64,000 nucleotides of DNA from Pirellulaceae bacterium (lineage in GTDB: Bacteria; Planctomycetota; Planctomycetia; Pirellulales; Pirellulaceae), in NCBI GenBank assembly GCA_041399065.1, contig JAWKTN010000003.1, forward strand, positions 87,511 to 151,510, written 5' to 3'. The notes beneath the pieces were generated by a model. The model was given only the letters and a program-made list of their open reading frames with translations. It was not told the origin of the DNA and made no database searches. This document shows, in pieces, positions 28,701-37,511 of the stretch. Within the stretch, counting starts at the first letter, position 1; every line of letters starts with the position of its first letter. A program made the translations under genes and the position numbers.

Positions 28701-30956
28701 CGCGCTGTAGATCTCCTCGCGCTTCTCCCCCAGCTGTACGACAAAATCATCGAATTCCGCGAACCGACCTTCGAGCTCTTCGACTTGCACCATCAACTTC
28801 GTCAGGTATTCTTCGCACTTAGCGGCTGAATTGCATACATCGAGATAGTTGACGAGTGCCTGATTGAGCAATTTGACTTGCGAGTGGAATTCGGCGACCC
28901 CTTCAACCGACAGCAGCTCTTGTTTCTTCTTCTTAAGTGCTGCGCGGGATTGGTTGAGTTGGGCGTAGACGGCGGAGATATCTTCGATAATCGTGGTGCG
29001 TTGCGTCGCATCGTCAATTTTCAAATTGCTAACGACATCGATCAACATCTCCAGACTATCGGACGTCTGACCGAGTTGTTGTTCGAGTTGGTTTGCGTCG
29101 GCCACTTTGGAAAGCTGCCCGATTGCCTCGAGCTGCCGTTGGACTTGATCGACATAGGGCGCCAGCGCGTCATCTCGCAGCAGAAACTCGACGCAATGCG
29201 AGGAACTGTGTTCGATCGCCTGGACAACGTTCTGCTCCAATCTCTCGACGGCCGGCACGTCGACATATCGCAAATCGCGCAGCGTAATAATCTGTCCGCG
29301 CAGGCCGCGCAGTTCGGCGAGCGACGTTACGTAGTCTTGGATTTGTTCATAGCGACGATTGCGCACCTCCTGCAATGCCTTTTCGGTTGCGCGCGTCGTC
29401 TTGACAAACTCGGCTTGCGTATTCTGTCGAACACGCACTACTTTTTCAAATTCGTCGATTGCAGCAACGGCGGCGCTGCGTATTTCCGCGAGCACGGTCC
29501 CCAATTGGAAAGCTTCCTGGTGGTTGATCCAAAAATAGGAATCGAGGACATCGCTGCATTTCTTGGCGAGATCAAGATAAAGATTCGCGTAGGTGTCGTC
29601 CTTTTCGGTGAGATTGATGATCTCATGGCATTCAGCCATTCCGCGCACCAGGTCTTGATTGCCGACTTTGTAGAGGTACGAATCGGTGTCGGCAACGGCG
29701 TCGCTGAGGTCGCTTACAAATGGCGTTTGCCAGATTTGCAGAGCATGGTGGCGCTGCGGTTGGTCGTCTTTCTTGAAGAAAATCAGCTGACCGTTGCGAA
29801 ACAACGAAAAACCGCTGCAGACGATCGGACGCTCGACACGCTGCTCAATCACGTTGTACAACAGCATCACGTAAGTACCGACGTCTCGGTTGTAAAATAC
29901 GTGCAGGTGATCTTCGCCATTGACGGCCGAGATCCGTCGTTCAAACAACAGATTCGAGATTCCGCTCTCAAACGTGCGACACTCGCCCGTCTTCAGATAG
30001 TAACCGCTGGAAAAAATCAGGCCATGCCCTTCGGGCAAGAGGACGCAAGCATCTTTGATCGCGTCCAGTCGCTGCGCCTGCTTCAGCTTTTCGTTGAAGA
30101 CAATGTATCGAAACAACTCTTCTTGATAGGGACGGATCTTCAACAGAATGACATTGTCGAGTATCGTGTAATAGACCTCTGCGTCGTCCAATACTTGATC
30201 GGCATTGTCAACCGGCTCGGCATAAATCCCCTCCCCCGTGTCTGTGTTGTCTTCCACCTTGATCGTCAGATCGCCACCAATTGTCTCGACAAAGAGACGG
30301 TCGTCGATGGAGATGTGCGGGTGGATCCCTTTGCGATGTTGATCCCGCGTCGTGCGTTTCCATTCGAACTCGTGCTGAGGTGGATAACGCACTTCGTGAT
30401 CGCTGCGCGAATCAACATAGGTCAGTTGAGCATCTTGCAGCAACCACTTGAAGGCTTTGATGTCCTGCGAAGTTTTCCCGACTTGAAATACCATGTACAA
30501 GTACGGTCCGCGCACAAAAAACCGGGCAAATGTCGTCTGTTTGTAGTACTTGTAAAGCTGCCGGAAATCGTTTTGAAAGGTCGCATCGGCAAACAAGTCC
30601 AACGGTTGGGACTGAAACACACCGTCGCGATACTGATAGACGGCAAATACATCCGAAAGTTGCGTTTCCGACTTCAGACCAATGTGGACGTTGTACCCAA
30701 AGATGAATCGGTCACCAATGGGCACGATATCTCGCGGAATGCAGTTGTTGTCGGTCGTAATCCGCTCGTTGGCCAGCAGCCGAGTTTCAATCGCGCCGAA
30801 GACGTGCCGACGCGATTGGTTCAGTTTCCCCAGTCGATCCCGCAATTCGCCCGTATGCGACGCGATGCGACTGCGGATGATCTCGTACGTGCTGCGTTCC
30901 AGCTGAACCTTGTCGCTGGTGCCGCCTTCCGATTGCGGGTTCTGTTGCTGTGTCAT
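25731..30956 (-). CDS. Giant (1741 aa) AAA+ ATPase, MoxR/AAA_5-like single P-loop, with extensive coiled-coil regions; function unknown
   Basis: Walker A LISPPGYGKTTL and Walker B MIYVDDIQ. The MoxR-like NP...arginine segment is MAGNPYTESGEKFQVPDMLANRADTYNL. It has an N-terminal ~450-aa non-repetitive domain and a central ~600-aa heptad-rich region. It is the last gene of a three-gene operon with flotillin. Confidence 0.85.
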   Translation of the reverse strand: MTQQQNPQSEGGTSDKVQLERSTYEIIRSRIASHTGELRDRLGKLNQSRRHVFGAIETRLLANERITTDNNCIPRDIVPIGDRFIFGYNVHIGLKSETQLSDVFAVYQYRDGVFQSQPLDLFADATFQNDFRQLYKYYKQTTFARFFVRGPYLYMVFQVGKTSQDIKAFKWLLQDAQLTYVDSRSDHEVRYPPQHEFEWKRTTRDQHRKGIHPHISIDDRLFVETIGGDLTIKVEDNTDTGEGIYAEPVDNADQVLDDAEVYYTILDNVILLKIRPYQEELFRYIVFNEKLKQAQRLDAIKDACVLLPEGHGLIFSSGYYLKTGECRTFESGISNLLFERRISAVNGEDHLHVFYNRDVGTYVMLLYNVIEQRVERPIVCSGFSLFRNGQLIFFKKDDQPQRHHALQIWQTPFVSDLSDAVADTDSYLYKVGNQDLVRGMAECHEIINLTEKDDTYANLYLDLAKKCSDVLDSYFWINHQEAFQLGTVLAEIRSAAVAAIDEFEKVVRVRQNTQAEFVKTTRATEKALQEVRNRRYEQIQDYVTSLAELRGLRGQIITLRDLRYVDVPAVERLEQNVVQAIEHSSSHCVEFLLRDDALAPYVDQVQRQLEAIGQLSKVADANQLEQQLGQTSDSLEMLIDVVSNLKIDDATQRTTIIEDISAVYAQLNQSRAALKKKKQELLSVEGVAEFHSQVKLLNQALVNYLDVCNSAAKCEEYLTKLMVQVEELEGRFAEFDDFVVQLGEKREEIYSAFESRKVALVESRNRRANALMSTAQRILKGLETRVAGLTDVAEIHAYFASDLMVDKVRDIVRQLAELEDSVKVDDIQSQLKTIREDAVRQLKDRQELFVDGENIIQLGKHRFTVNVQPLDLTIIRREQGHFFHLTGTNFLEQIEDPTLDECRLVWDQETVAENRDVYRAEYLAYQLLQQGEAEGTAELNRLSRSTDDQLRDHVHEFMASRHSEAYVKGVHDHDALKLLRALLHQRLQAGFLRYAPETRALVALFWQTLLDRQESDSPSRRTVSRIRSAGAVARRFPQSKHRQQAIDLLQRKITRFVEKSSLFDVDIVEHAAKCCFDLVVQSSLLPVGPRAARIVKAFDEQSRRDGFQDEVQGTLESLASGDRFRSLREWIAATTDASSDDWRPGDIDEATAVVLNGGLKQRPVLGGDDVVVVEGLVGDHPRLQGHAYQLDYSAFHQRLNAYRCDVVPRYQQYVETKHQLTSRKRKLLRLEEFHPRVLTSFVRNRLIDQVYLPLIGDNLAKQIGAAGDAKRTDLMGLLMLISPPGYGKTTLMEYVANRLGITFVKINGPAVGHQVRSLDPAEAPNASARQEVEKLNLSLEMGDNVMIYVDDIQHCHPEFLQKFISLCDAQRKIEGVYHGQPRTYDLRGRKVAVVMAGNPYTESGEKFQVPDMLANRADTYNLGDVIGDSREAFELSYLENAMTSNPVLSIIAGRSSKDLTAIIKLAQTDSPEGIDLEATYSVDELNEMVSVVRKLIQLRNVVLRVNQQYIQSAAQSAAYRTEPPFKLQGSYRDMNKLAERVVAVMNDDELQQLILSHYENQAQTLATDAEANLLKLRQLLGLLDDEQTKRWQEICRRFQRNLLLGSTDDGDRMTQVIAQMTTFSEGLHHIREALVAGARQLVEQKQHPPVPVVSDPTPPPAPQIQVPQIQVAYKVPKVFLEVIKAQFAVMDGWIQPFLQLSRSTQADTESLRQSVHQAMQAYSALIAKMEKANGDETEENA

Positions 30957-30962
30957 GACCGA

Positions 30963-33038
30963 CTAGACGGATGCACCGAGCTTTAGGGTACCAGCGATCG
31001 ACTTGGCAATTCCTGCCTGGTCGGCCATCTCCAATAGCTGTTGCAATTCACTTTTGGCCGAATCGCTGTCGGCCATCGCGATCATCCGGGTGATCAGCGC
31101 GGCGACCGATAGATTCTTGATGTCTTCGGTACCGAGCCCGAATTGCCCGGTGAATTGCCGTAGCTTCTGCTCAAAGTATGCCGGATCTCCGTTAAAGAAC
31201 GATGCCTTGACGTCACTGAGGACGGCACTGCCATTGACCAGGCGGTCCACGGTCTTGGCCGACGTGATGGAACTGACGATCTTGTCAAAGAAGTTGTCGT
31301 CGCCGCCGACGATGTCGATGCGTGCCGACTTGAGTGCGGCACCGACCACCTCGGCCTGGCTGTTGGCGATCGCTCGCTGAGCGTCGATGGCAGCCAATTC
31401 GATTTCCTTGTCTTTGTTCAATCGCAGTTTGAATTCTTCGTGTTCACGTCCAACTCCGTCCAGTAACTTCATCGCTTCAGCCTTTTGCGTAATGCCGTCG
31501 GCATCAGCCGCGAATTTCATTTGCAGGACCTTCGCTTCGGCGGCCCCTTGGCGTTCGATCGCTTCCGCCTTGGCCGACATCCCTTGCGCTTCTGCTCGAG
31601 CCTTTTTCTCCAATACCGCAGCATCTACGTTGCCTTGTTTCTCCGTAGCATCGGCTTTGGCCAACATCACACGAGCCTCCGCCAATCCCATGGCCGCTTC
31701 CTCCGCCGTGACAGCTTCGGCGAACATCTTCTTGGCCGCCGTTTCCTTTTCGGTCGCAGCCCGCTCCGCTTCGGCCTTGATGATCCGTTCTTCGGACAAC
31801 AGCGAAGCCGCTGTCTTGGCAGCCTCGGCCGCTTTGATCTGCCGCACCAACTCGCGTTCCGCTTCCTGCTCGGCCGCCGTTACTGCCACCTTCTTCGTAC
31901 GCTCGGCCGAGGCAAACTCGCGAGTGTCCTTGATCCGCTCTTCTTCCTCCACAACCGCTCGCTCCACAATCACTCGGTCGCGAATCACGTCTTGAATCGC
32001 CTTCTTCTCCTGCTCAACCGCCTTCTCCTTGTCGATTTGCGCCAACGTCACAATCCGCTCACGCTCCGTTGCCTCCAACATCCGGTCTTTCTCAACCCGC
32101 TCGGTTTCAATGGCTTCGGTGCGCACCTTGCTCTTTTGAGCCACTATCACCTGTCGCAGCTTGTTCTCCTCGGCAATCATCAGCTCTTCTTCCGTCGTGA
32201 TCCGAGCTTGCTCGGATCGAAGACGCTGCTGCTGCGCGACAATGTCAGCCTCCGCCCGCTCACGCGATTTCACTTCGGCAATCTCACGCTGCTGCTTCTC
32301 TTCCGCCTCCGCCTGCTGACGTTGTAGCACGAGAATCGCCTCTCGAGCTTCAACGTCTTGCTTGGTCAGCACCTTTTCCTTCTCGCGACGAATTTCATTG
32401 GCTAACATCATCTGCTTGGCCGTCAGGTCGGTGATCTTCTTGATGCCTTCGGCGTCGAGAATGTTGTCCGGGTTCAACTTGTCAACCGGCGTCTGCTCCA
32501 GATAGTCGATCGCCGCGTCGTCGAGGACATAACCATTGAGGTCGGTGCCGATAATCTTGAGAATTTCCTCTTTGAACCGTTCGCGCGAATTGTAGAGTTC
32601 CACGAAATCGAACTGCTTTCCAACCGTTTTAAGCGCCTCCGAGAACTTCGCATCGAATAACTCAATCAGTTCGGCCGAATCTGATCCGCGCACGCAACCC
32701 AATAACTGCGCAACCTGCAACACGTCCTGAGCCGTCTTGTTGACACGGACGAAAAAGACCACCTTGATGTCGGCACGGATGTTGTCGCGACAGATCAACC
32801 CCTCCACGCCGTGACGATAGATCTCGATCCGCTTGACCGAGATATCCATCAATTCGGCCTTCTCCAGAACCGGCACCACGACCATCCCGGTGAAGCTGAC
32901 TTTTGTCCCACGCCAACCGTTGACGACCAACGCCCTGCCCTGCTCGACCTTGCGATAGAGCTTCACCAACATCATCATGGCGCCAAAGAGAATCAACAAC
33001 GCCATCATTACGAGGAACACGGTTACCGTCTGCCACAT
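30963..33038 (-). CDS. Flotillin (SPFH/band-7 domain plus flotillin EA-repeat domain), YqiK/FloT-like
   Basis: 691 aa. N-terminal TM, then an SPFH domain (GRALVVNGWRGTKVSFTGMVVVPVLEKAELMDISVKRIE...), then a long Glu/Ala/Arg-rich coiled-coil typical of flotillins. Confidence 0.9.
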   Translation of the reverse strand: MWQTVTVFLVMMALLILFGAMMMLVKLYRKVEQGRALVVNGWRGTKVSFTGMVVVPVLEKAELMDISVKRIEIYRHGVEGLICRDNIRADIKVVFFVRVNKTAQDVLQVAQLLGCVRGSDSAELIELFDAKFSEALKTVGKQFDFVELYNSRERFKEEILKIIGTDLNGYVLDDAAIDYLEQTPVDKLNPDNILDAEGIKKITDLTAKQMMLANEIRREKEKVLTKQDVEAREAILVLQRQQAEAEEKQQREIAEVKSRERAEADIVAQQQRLRSEQARITTEEELMIAEENKLRQVIVAQKSKVRTEAIETERVEKDRMLEATERERIVTLAQIDKEKAVEQEKKAIQDVIRDRVIVERAVVEEEERIKDTREFASAERTKKVAVTAAEQEAERELVRQIKAAEAAKTAASLLSEERIIKAEAERAATEKETAAKKMFAEAVTAEEAAMGLAEARVMLAKADATEKQGNVDAAVLEKKARAEAQGMSAKAEAIERQGAAEAKVLQMKFAADADGITQKAEAMKLLDGVGREHEEFKLRLNKDKEIELAAIDAQRAIANSQAEVVGAALKSARIDIVGGDDNFFDKIVSSITSAKTVDRLVNGSAVLSDVKASFFNGDPAYFEQKLRQFTGQFGLGTEDIKNLSVAALITRMIAMADSDSAKSELQQLLEMADQAGIAKSIAGTLKLGASV

Positions 33039-33040
33039 GG

Positions 33041-33817
33041 CTACAACTCTCCTCCAAATTCAAAGGGAACTACCCAGTAGATGTTCTTTTCTTCGTCGTG
33101 CTCGACAACTAATGCCTGATCCCCCTTGCATAACTCGGTTCCTTCCCGAGCCCGCACGTTGAGGGTTAGCGGGGCGCCAACTCGTGCCATCTGCCCTTGA
33201 CCGAAAGCTGTCGTAACGGTCGACGACGTAATAGTACAAGTCTTGCCCACAATTCGGGCCGGCAGCTCAACCCCTTGCCTGGCCTTGCGAAAAACATATC
33301 CCAACGGTGTCGTTACAACCTTCGTTACAATCAGCGCCACGACCACATTCGGCACAATCAGCAGCAATGCCAGCCCGGTCCCCAACCCTGGATTCAAATA
33401 GTAGTTGCCCAATATGCTGACAGCCCACATCGTGCTGATCAACGCCGTCGCCCAAATCATCAACGGGACTTCCGCCACATTGAAAAACCGCAGAAACGAA
33501 ACGACGTAGCTGCCAAAGGCATGCTCTCCGCCATCGGCATGGCCACTTAGGTGCCCATCGACGTGGTCCACCATGTCGCCATGAAAATGTCCATCCATCC
33601 CACCACCGTCGCCCGGGAAAACGTCCGGCAATTCATGGTGCAGATGCGCGTCCAGGTGCAGATCGACGTGTCCATCCGGCACGTCAACGTGCGAATCAAG
33701 AAAGTCCAACCCCACTGCTCCTAATAGGAACAACACCCAATAGGCGAACGATGCACCCAATAAGATCGTGAACGGCAAGTTCACTGGAGCTACACAATGT
33801 TGAATGAATTCCCACAT
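33041..33817 (-). CDS. NfeD/YqiJ-like (DUF1449-like) membrane protein with C-terminal OB-fold
   Basis: 258 aa. Resembles E. coli YqiJ: N-terminal TM, then a His/Asp-rich loop (LDSHVDVPDGHVDLHLDAHLHHELPD...HFHGDMVDHVDGHLSGHADGGEH), a second TM pair, and a C-terminal beta-rich domain. The stop lies 2 nt before the flotillin start. Confidence 0.75.
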   Translation of the reverse strand: MWEFIQHCVAPVNLPFTILLGASFAYWVLFLLGAVGLDFLDSHVDVPDGHVDLHLDAHLHHELPDVFPGDGGGMDGHFHGDMVDHVDGHLSGHADGGEHAFGSYVVSFLRFFNVAEVPLMIWATALISTMWAVSILGNYYLNPGLGTGLALLLIVPNVVVALIVTKVVTTPLGYVFRKARQGVELPARIVGKTCTITSSTVTTAFGQGQMARVGAPLTLNVRAREGTELCKGDQALVVEHDEEKNIYWVVPFEFGGEL

Positions 33818-34001
33818 AATTGCACCTTCCTGGCCCTGTGCTGAACATCACGCCGCAATTATAGCTTGCCAGCTCACAGGACGGGGAAGGTGGCGGGGAC
33901 CGTTGCCGTCACCGCTACCCCTAATTCGCGGAGGCAGGAGCGATATTGCGGGAATTCCGTGACGATTCTCGCCGCCTGCCTCCCCCCCTTGAACAACCAG
34001 A

Positions 34002-35270
34002 CTACCGCCCCGCCTCGCGCAAGCGCTGTAATGCCATCAACGAAAACGCCGTTCCGTACTGCTGGTGGTAATCGTACAACGGATAGTCCCACCAACTGCC
34101 ATCCTCCTCCTGCAACCTCAATAGAATACTACACAAATGTTCACTATGCTGTTGTTGTTCGTCGGCGGGGAGTAGTTCGATGCAGCGAGCTGCATGGTAG
34201 TGGCCGTAGTAGAAGAAATAGCCGGCCACCAGAAAATGCGATTCGTGCGGGATGGGGCGTTTGCGGCCGATGTCGAGCCACAGATTCCGCGAAAAAAGGC
34301 GCGCCAACCAAGCGTCGAGGACGCGGTCAGTGATCTCCGGTCGGTCCCACAAACGCAATGCCAGATTGCAGGCCTGTGAACGCCCTAAACTCCCACCCGG
34401 CCGATTGATACTTCGCATCGGCTGATTGTCGACCGGTCCGTTGTCGGAATAGTAATAGGAAAAGTCCGGCTTCTGCTGCCGCTCGACACAGGCAATGGCC
34501 CGCCGCACCAGCCGATCGGGGATCTCGATCCCTAGCGATCGGGCGTCATGAAAGGCAATCAGCGCCGTTGCAGTCGTAAAACTGGTGGGGTTGCTGGAAG
34601 GCTGTTGGGCGTACGCACGAAAGTCGTAGTACCCCCAACCGCCGTCGACGGACTCGTAGCGGTCGAGTCGATCGATTTGGCCGACGATCATCTGGCGAAG
34701 CTGAGCCTGTTTGTCGGGATCGTCATGTCGGTAGCCGTGCAAGTCGGCCAATGCCTCGATAGCGTAGGCATGCGCCCAAACATTGTAGATCGCGTCCTGA
34801 TTGGCGCGGCGGACGTTTCCCAAGTGTTCGAGCAGCCAACGTTCGCCCGCTTCAATGGCCGCAATGACTTCCGGCCGGCGATCGGTCCCCTCAATCAGTG
34901 CTGACAGACACAAACTTGTGACAGCGGCTCGAAAACCTTCGTGAGCGCCGGGCACCGGGGCGTAAATGTTCAGCCCCTTCGTTCGCGTCGCCGATCCCCA
35001 AGCACCATGGGCATCTCCGTGTGTCAATTGACGTTCCAATAGAAAATCGGTCCCGCGACGGATCGCCGTTTCGATCTCCTCTGCGGCCGGCATCGGCACT
35101 CGTTCGGGACGCGGAACGTCCAACCAATCCCGGCCAGTCTTGACCGCCGCCGGCGTCTCCTCTCCCGCTACCACTCGCACCTTTAACGCCGCCGATATAC
35201 CAGCGACACCCGCCAGTGCCAAGACAATTATGCGAAAATGGTTCGTCGTCACGCCTGTTGTTCCCTGCAA
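34002..35270 (-). CDS. Secreted or membrane-anchored prenyltransferase/squalene-cyclase-like alpha/alpha-toroid repeat protein
   Basis: 422 aa with repeated aromatic-rich motifs (GAWG, DGGWGYY, DGSWWDYP) characteristic of terpenoid cyclase/prenyltransferase beta-subunit-like repeats. N-terminal TM. Confidence 0.55.
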   Translation of the reverse strand: MQGTTGVTTNHFRIIVLALAGVAGISAALKVRVVAGEETPAAVKTGRDWLDVPRPERVPMPAAEEIETAIRRGTDFLLERQLTHGDAHGAWGSATRTKGLNIYAPVPGAHEGFRAAVTSLCLSALIEGTDRRPEVIAAIEAGERWLLEHLGNVRRANQDAIYNVWAHAYAIEALADLHGYRHDDPDKQAQLRQMIVGQIDRLDRYESVDGGWGYYDFRAYAQQPSSNPTSFTTATALIAFHDARSLGIEIPDRLVRRAIACVERQQKPDFSYYYSDNGPVDNQPMRSINRPGGSLGRSQACNLALRLWDRPEITDRVLDAWLARLFSRNLWLDIGRKRPIPHESHFLVAGYFFYYGHYHAARCIELLPADEQQQHSEHLCSILLRLQEEDGSWWDYPLYDYHQQYGTAFSLMALQRLREAGR

Positions 35271-35511
35271 AACCCCTGGAATCTCAATAACAACTCGCCC
35301 CCGCCCCGCACGTCGCCACGACTCCCTATCGCTGAGAGATTGGCTGACTCACAATTGGCGGTAACACGTTTCCACTGTTCAGCCCTGAATGCTAAAACGC
35401 CCTCGATGAATCTCGTGTCGGCCGGCAAATCGTGCTGCACCAATCCAGCGCAACTCCCCTCCAGGACGAGGGGACTTGGAAACACTGATTTTTCATCTAC
35501 CCACGCTCTCT

Positions 35512-36942
35512 TTATTCGTCATCATCCTCTTCGTCATCATCCTCTTCGTCATCATCCTCTTCGTCATCATCCTCGTCGTCATCATCCTCGTCGTCGTCAT
35601 CCTCGTCGTCGTCATCCTCTTCGTCATCATCCTCTTCGTCGTCATCCTCTTCGTCATCCTTTTCACTGCCAACGGAGATCTTACATTTCATGCCGGCGAC
35701 GATCGCGGGTTCGGCAAGATCGAGGACGCGGAGGACGGCGTCGAACTTGCCTTCGGCGATCGGAATCGGCGACAAACTCTTGATGCGGCCTTTCAATTCA
35801 CGGTCCGGAAAGGCCACGGGTGTCAACTTCACGGCGTGACCAGGCACAACGTGCCGCAGATGGTCTTCCGCCACCGTGGCCCGAACGGCCAAACGGCCGG
35901 GGGCGACCACGGTCAGCACGACCTGGTTCGCCTTCAGCGACCCACCTGGGCCGAGCGCCGTGGATGCGGCCGCCGGATCGCTCCACTTGCCCCGGTTCTG
36001 TCCGCCGTAGTAAACAAAGCCGTCCAACGTCGCCACAATCTTCATGATCTTTCGATCGGCGCGTAGCGACTTGAGCTTCTCCTGTAGTTGTGTGACCTCG
36101 GTACGTTTCTTCTCAACAGCAAGTTCTTCCTGTCGCACACGTCGCTGATGGGTATTCGTGACCTCCTCCAATGCAATATCGGCCTCGCGCATCGCGGTTT
36201 CCAATTGCTCTTGCGTCCGCTGCAGATCGTACTTCAGACTGCGATCGACGTTGGACTCGACACGCTTGAAGCTGAATTCCGAGGCTTGCACGTCGTCGCG
36301 AGTCCGACGTAGGATGATCTCCTCGGTTTGTTCGGTTAGATCATCCGCTTCGTACATCTGTTCCAATTGCTTCAGCTCTTCGCGTTCATAGTCCAGCCGG
36401 TTCTTCGCACTTAACAGCGATTGCTCGAGGGAAGCGCGCGTCTCGTCCTTGCCCCGGGCAATGAACTCGTCGAAATCCTCGTGGGCCTTGCGAGCCGTCC
36501 GTTGAGCGGCCGCAACGCTCATGCGGTTGGTCTGCTGGAACAATTCCAGCTTTAGTTCGGCGTCCTCCAATCCCAGCCGTGCCAAGGTCAAGTCGACGTC
36601 TGCCTGATCGATGGCTCGATCGATGTCCGCCATCTCCAATTCCACAAGCGTGTCACCACGCTCCACCCGACTGCCATGCTCGACCGCGCGCACCACTGTA
36701 AACGTCGACCACTCGCGCGGTCGCAAGATGACCTCCGCAAACCGCAAAGGCTCGAATATCCCGTCGAACTCCACGACGTCTTCCGGATTTTCCCCGGCTT
36801 TTTCGCCTCCCGCTTGATCCCCCTTGTTCGTCGCGGATTCCTCGTCCGCCGCCGTCGGATATGGAACCACGAGCAAGACCGCAAGCAGTGATAACAACAC
36901 CCCAATCCGCTGAATTGAAAGAACCGACGCAACAACTTTCAT
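35512..36942 (-). CDS. HlyD-family periplasmic adaptor (membrane fusion protein) with a ~55-aa poly-Asp/Glu C-terminal tail
   Basis: Start chosen at the internal Met MKVVASVLSIQRIGVLLSLLAVLL (signal-anchor), rather than the ORF-track start at 36984 (MPVVVAYRN...). It has a long coiled-coil hairpin region, a beta-barrel C-terminal domain (VKLTPVAFPDRELKGRIKSLSPI) and the tail KDDEEDDDEEDDDEEDDDDEDDDDEDDDDEDDDEEDDDEEDDDEEDDDE. Confidence 0.7.
   Translation of the reverse strand: MKVVASVLSIQRIGVLLSLLAVLLVVPYPTAADEESATNKGDQAGGEKAGENPEDVVEFDGIFEPLRFAEVILRPREWSTFTVVRAVEHGSRVERGDTLVELEMADIDRAIDQADVDLTLARLGLEDAELKLELFQQTNRMSVAAAQRTARKAHEDFDEFIARGKDETRASLEQSLLSAKNRLDYEREELKQLEQMYEADDLTEQTEEIILRRTRDDVQASEFSFKRVESNVDRSLKYDLQRTQEQLETAMREADIALEEVTNTHQRRVRQEELAVEKKRTEVTQLQEKLKSLRADRKIMKIVATLDGFVYYGGQNRGKWSDPAAASTALGPGGSLKANQVVLTVVAPGRLAVRATVAEDHLRHVVPGHAVKLTPVAFPDRELKGRIKSLSPIPIAEGKFDAVLRVLDLAEPAIVAGMKCKISVGSEKDDEEDDDEEDDDEEDDDDEDDDDEDDDDEDDDEEDDDEEDDDEEDDDE
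35515..35670. repeat. Tandem 15-bp-class repeats (gtcatcatcctcttc / gtcgtcatcctcgtc) encoding the acidic tail
   Basis: Direct read. Produces the mirror antisense ORFs 35476..36066 and 35238..35783 (HHPLRHHPLR...). Confidence 0.9.
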
Positions 36943-37109
36943 GATCGACCTCGCGATATTCCGGTAGGCTACAACGACAGGCACCTTTTACTTACGTTTA
37001 CATCCGCTTACTTCCATCTACATCCGCGCGCCGGACCTCTGGATTAAGTCCTACGTATCCTTGGAAACTAATCGACGGGACAGCGCCGGTCAAGAAATTT
37101 CTGCAGACG

Positions 37110-37490
37110 TTATTCGCAACCGACATCACTGGCAGTGTCGGACTTCCAGCGTTGGAATAACGTCGGTAACGCGCGATGGAATTGCCCTCGAGCCATCACC
37201 TCTGAACAACCCAATTGCTGAGCCTGCGATAAACGGTCGGCATGGACATGCGGGCCGAAGGCAATCACAGCTAACGGCGGGGAGGACGAAGTATTCAGCT
37301 GCGGCACAATCTCCGATAAATTGACCACGCCGCTCGACAAATCCAACAACACAACACATGGCCCACTGGCCGCTTGCTGCAGAAGAAGATTCACCTTGCG
37401 GCATTGCGAAAAGTCATGTCCGGCCCGTCGCGCAGCCCCTTCGACCTGAGAGCTAAACAGCAAGTCATCGGAAAACAACAGCACGTGCAT
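37110..37490 (-). CDS. Standalone response-regulator receiver (CheY-like) domain protein, possibly degenerate
   Basis: 126 aa. The MHVLLFSDDL...VVLLDL...LAVIAFG layout is consistent with a receiver fold. There is no output domain. Confidence 0.5.
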   Translation of the reverse strand: MHVLLFSDDLLFSSQVEGAARRAGHDFSQCRKVNLLLQQAASGPCVVLLDLSSGVVNLSEIVPQLNTSSSPPLAVIAFGPHVHADRLSQAQQLGCSEVMARGQFHRALPTLFQRWKSDTASDVGCE

Positions 37491-37511
37491 GGGACTACCT
37501 GCATCCTCTAT

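Noticed and set aside
28878-30986. 702-aa plus-strand ORF antisense to the giant AAA+ gene (also 31387..31995 and 31485..32327 antisense to flotillin)
   Set aside because: Long antisense ORFs are expected in GC-rich, codon-biased genes. The sense frames carry Walker and SPFH motifs.
35238-36066. Plus-strand ORFs encoding HHPLRHHPLR... and ILFVIILFV...
   Set aside because: Antisense translations of the acidic-tail tandem repeat of the HlyD-like gene.
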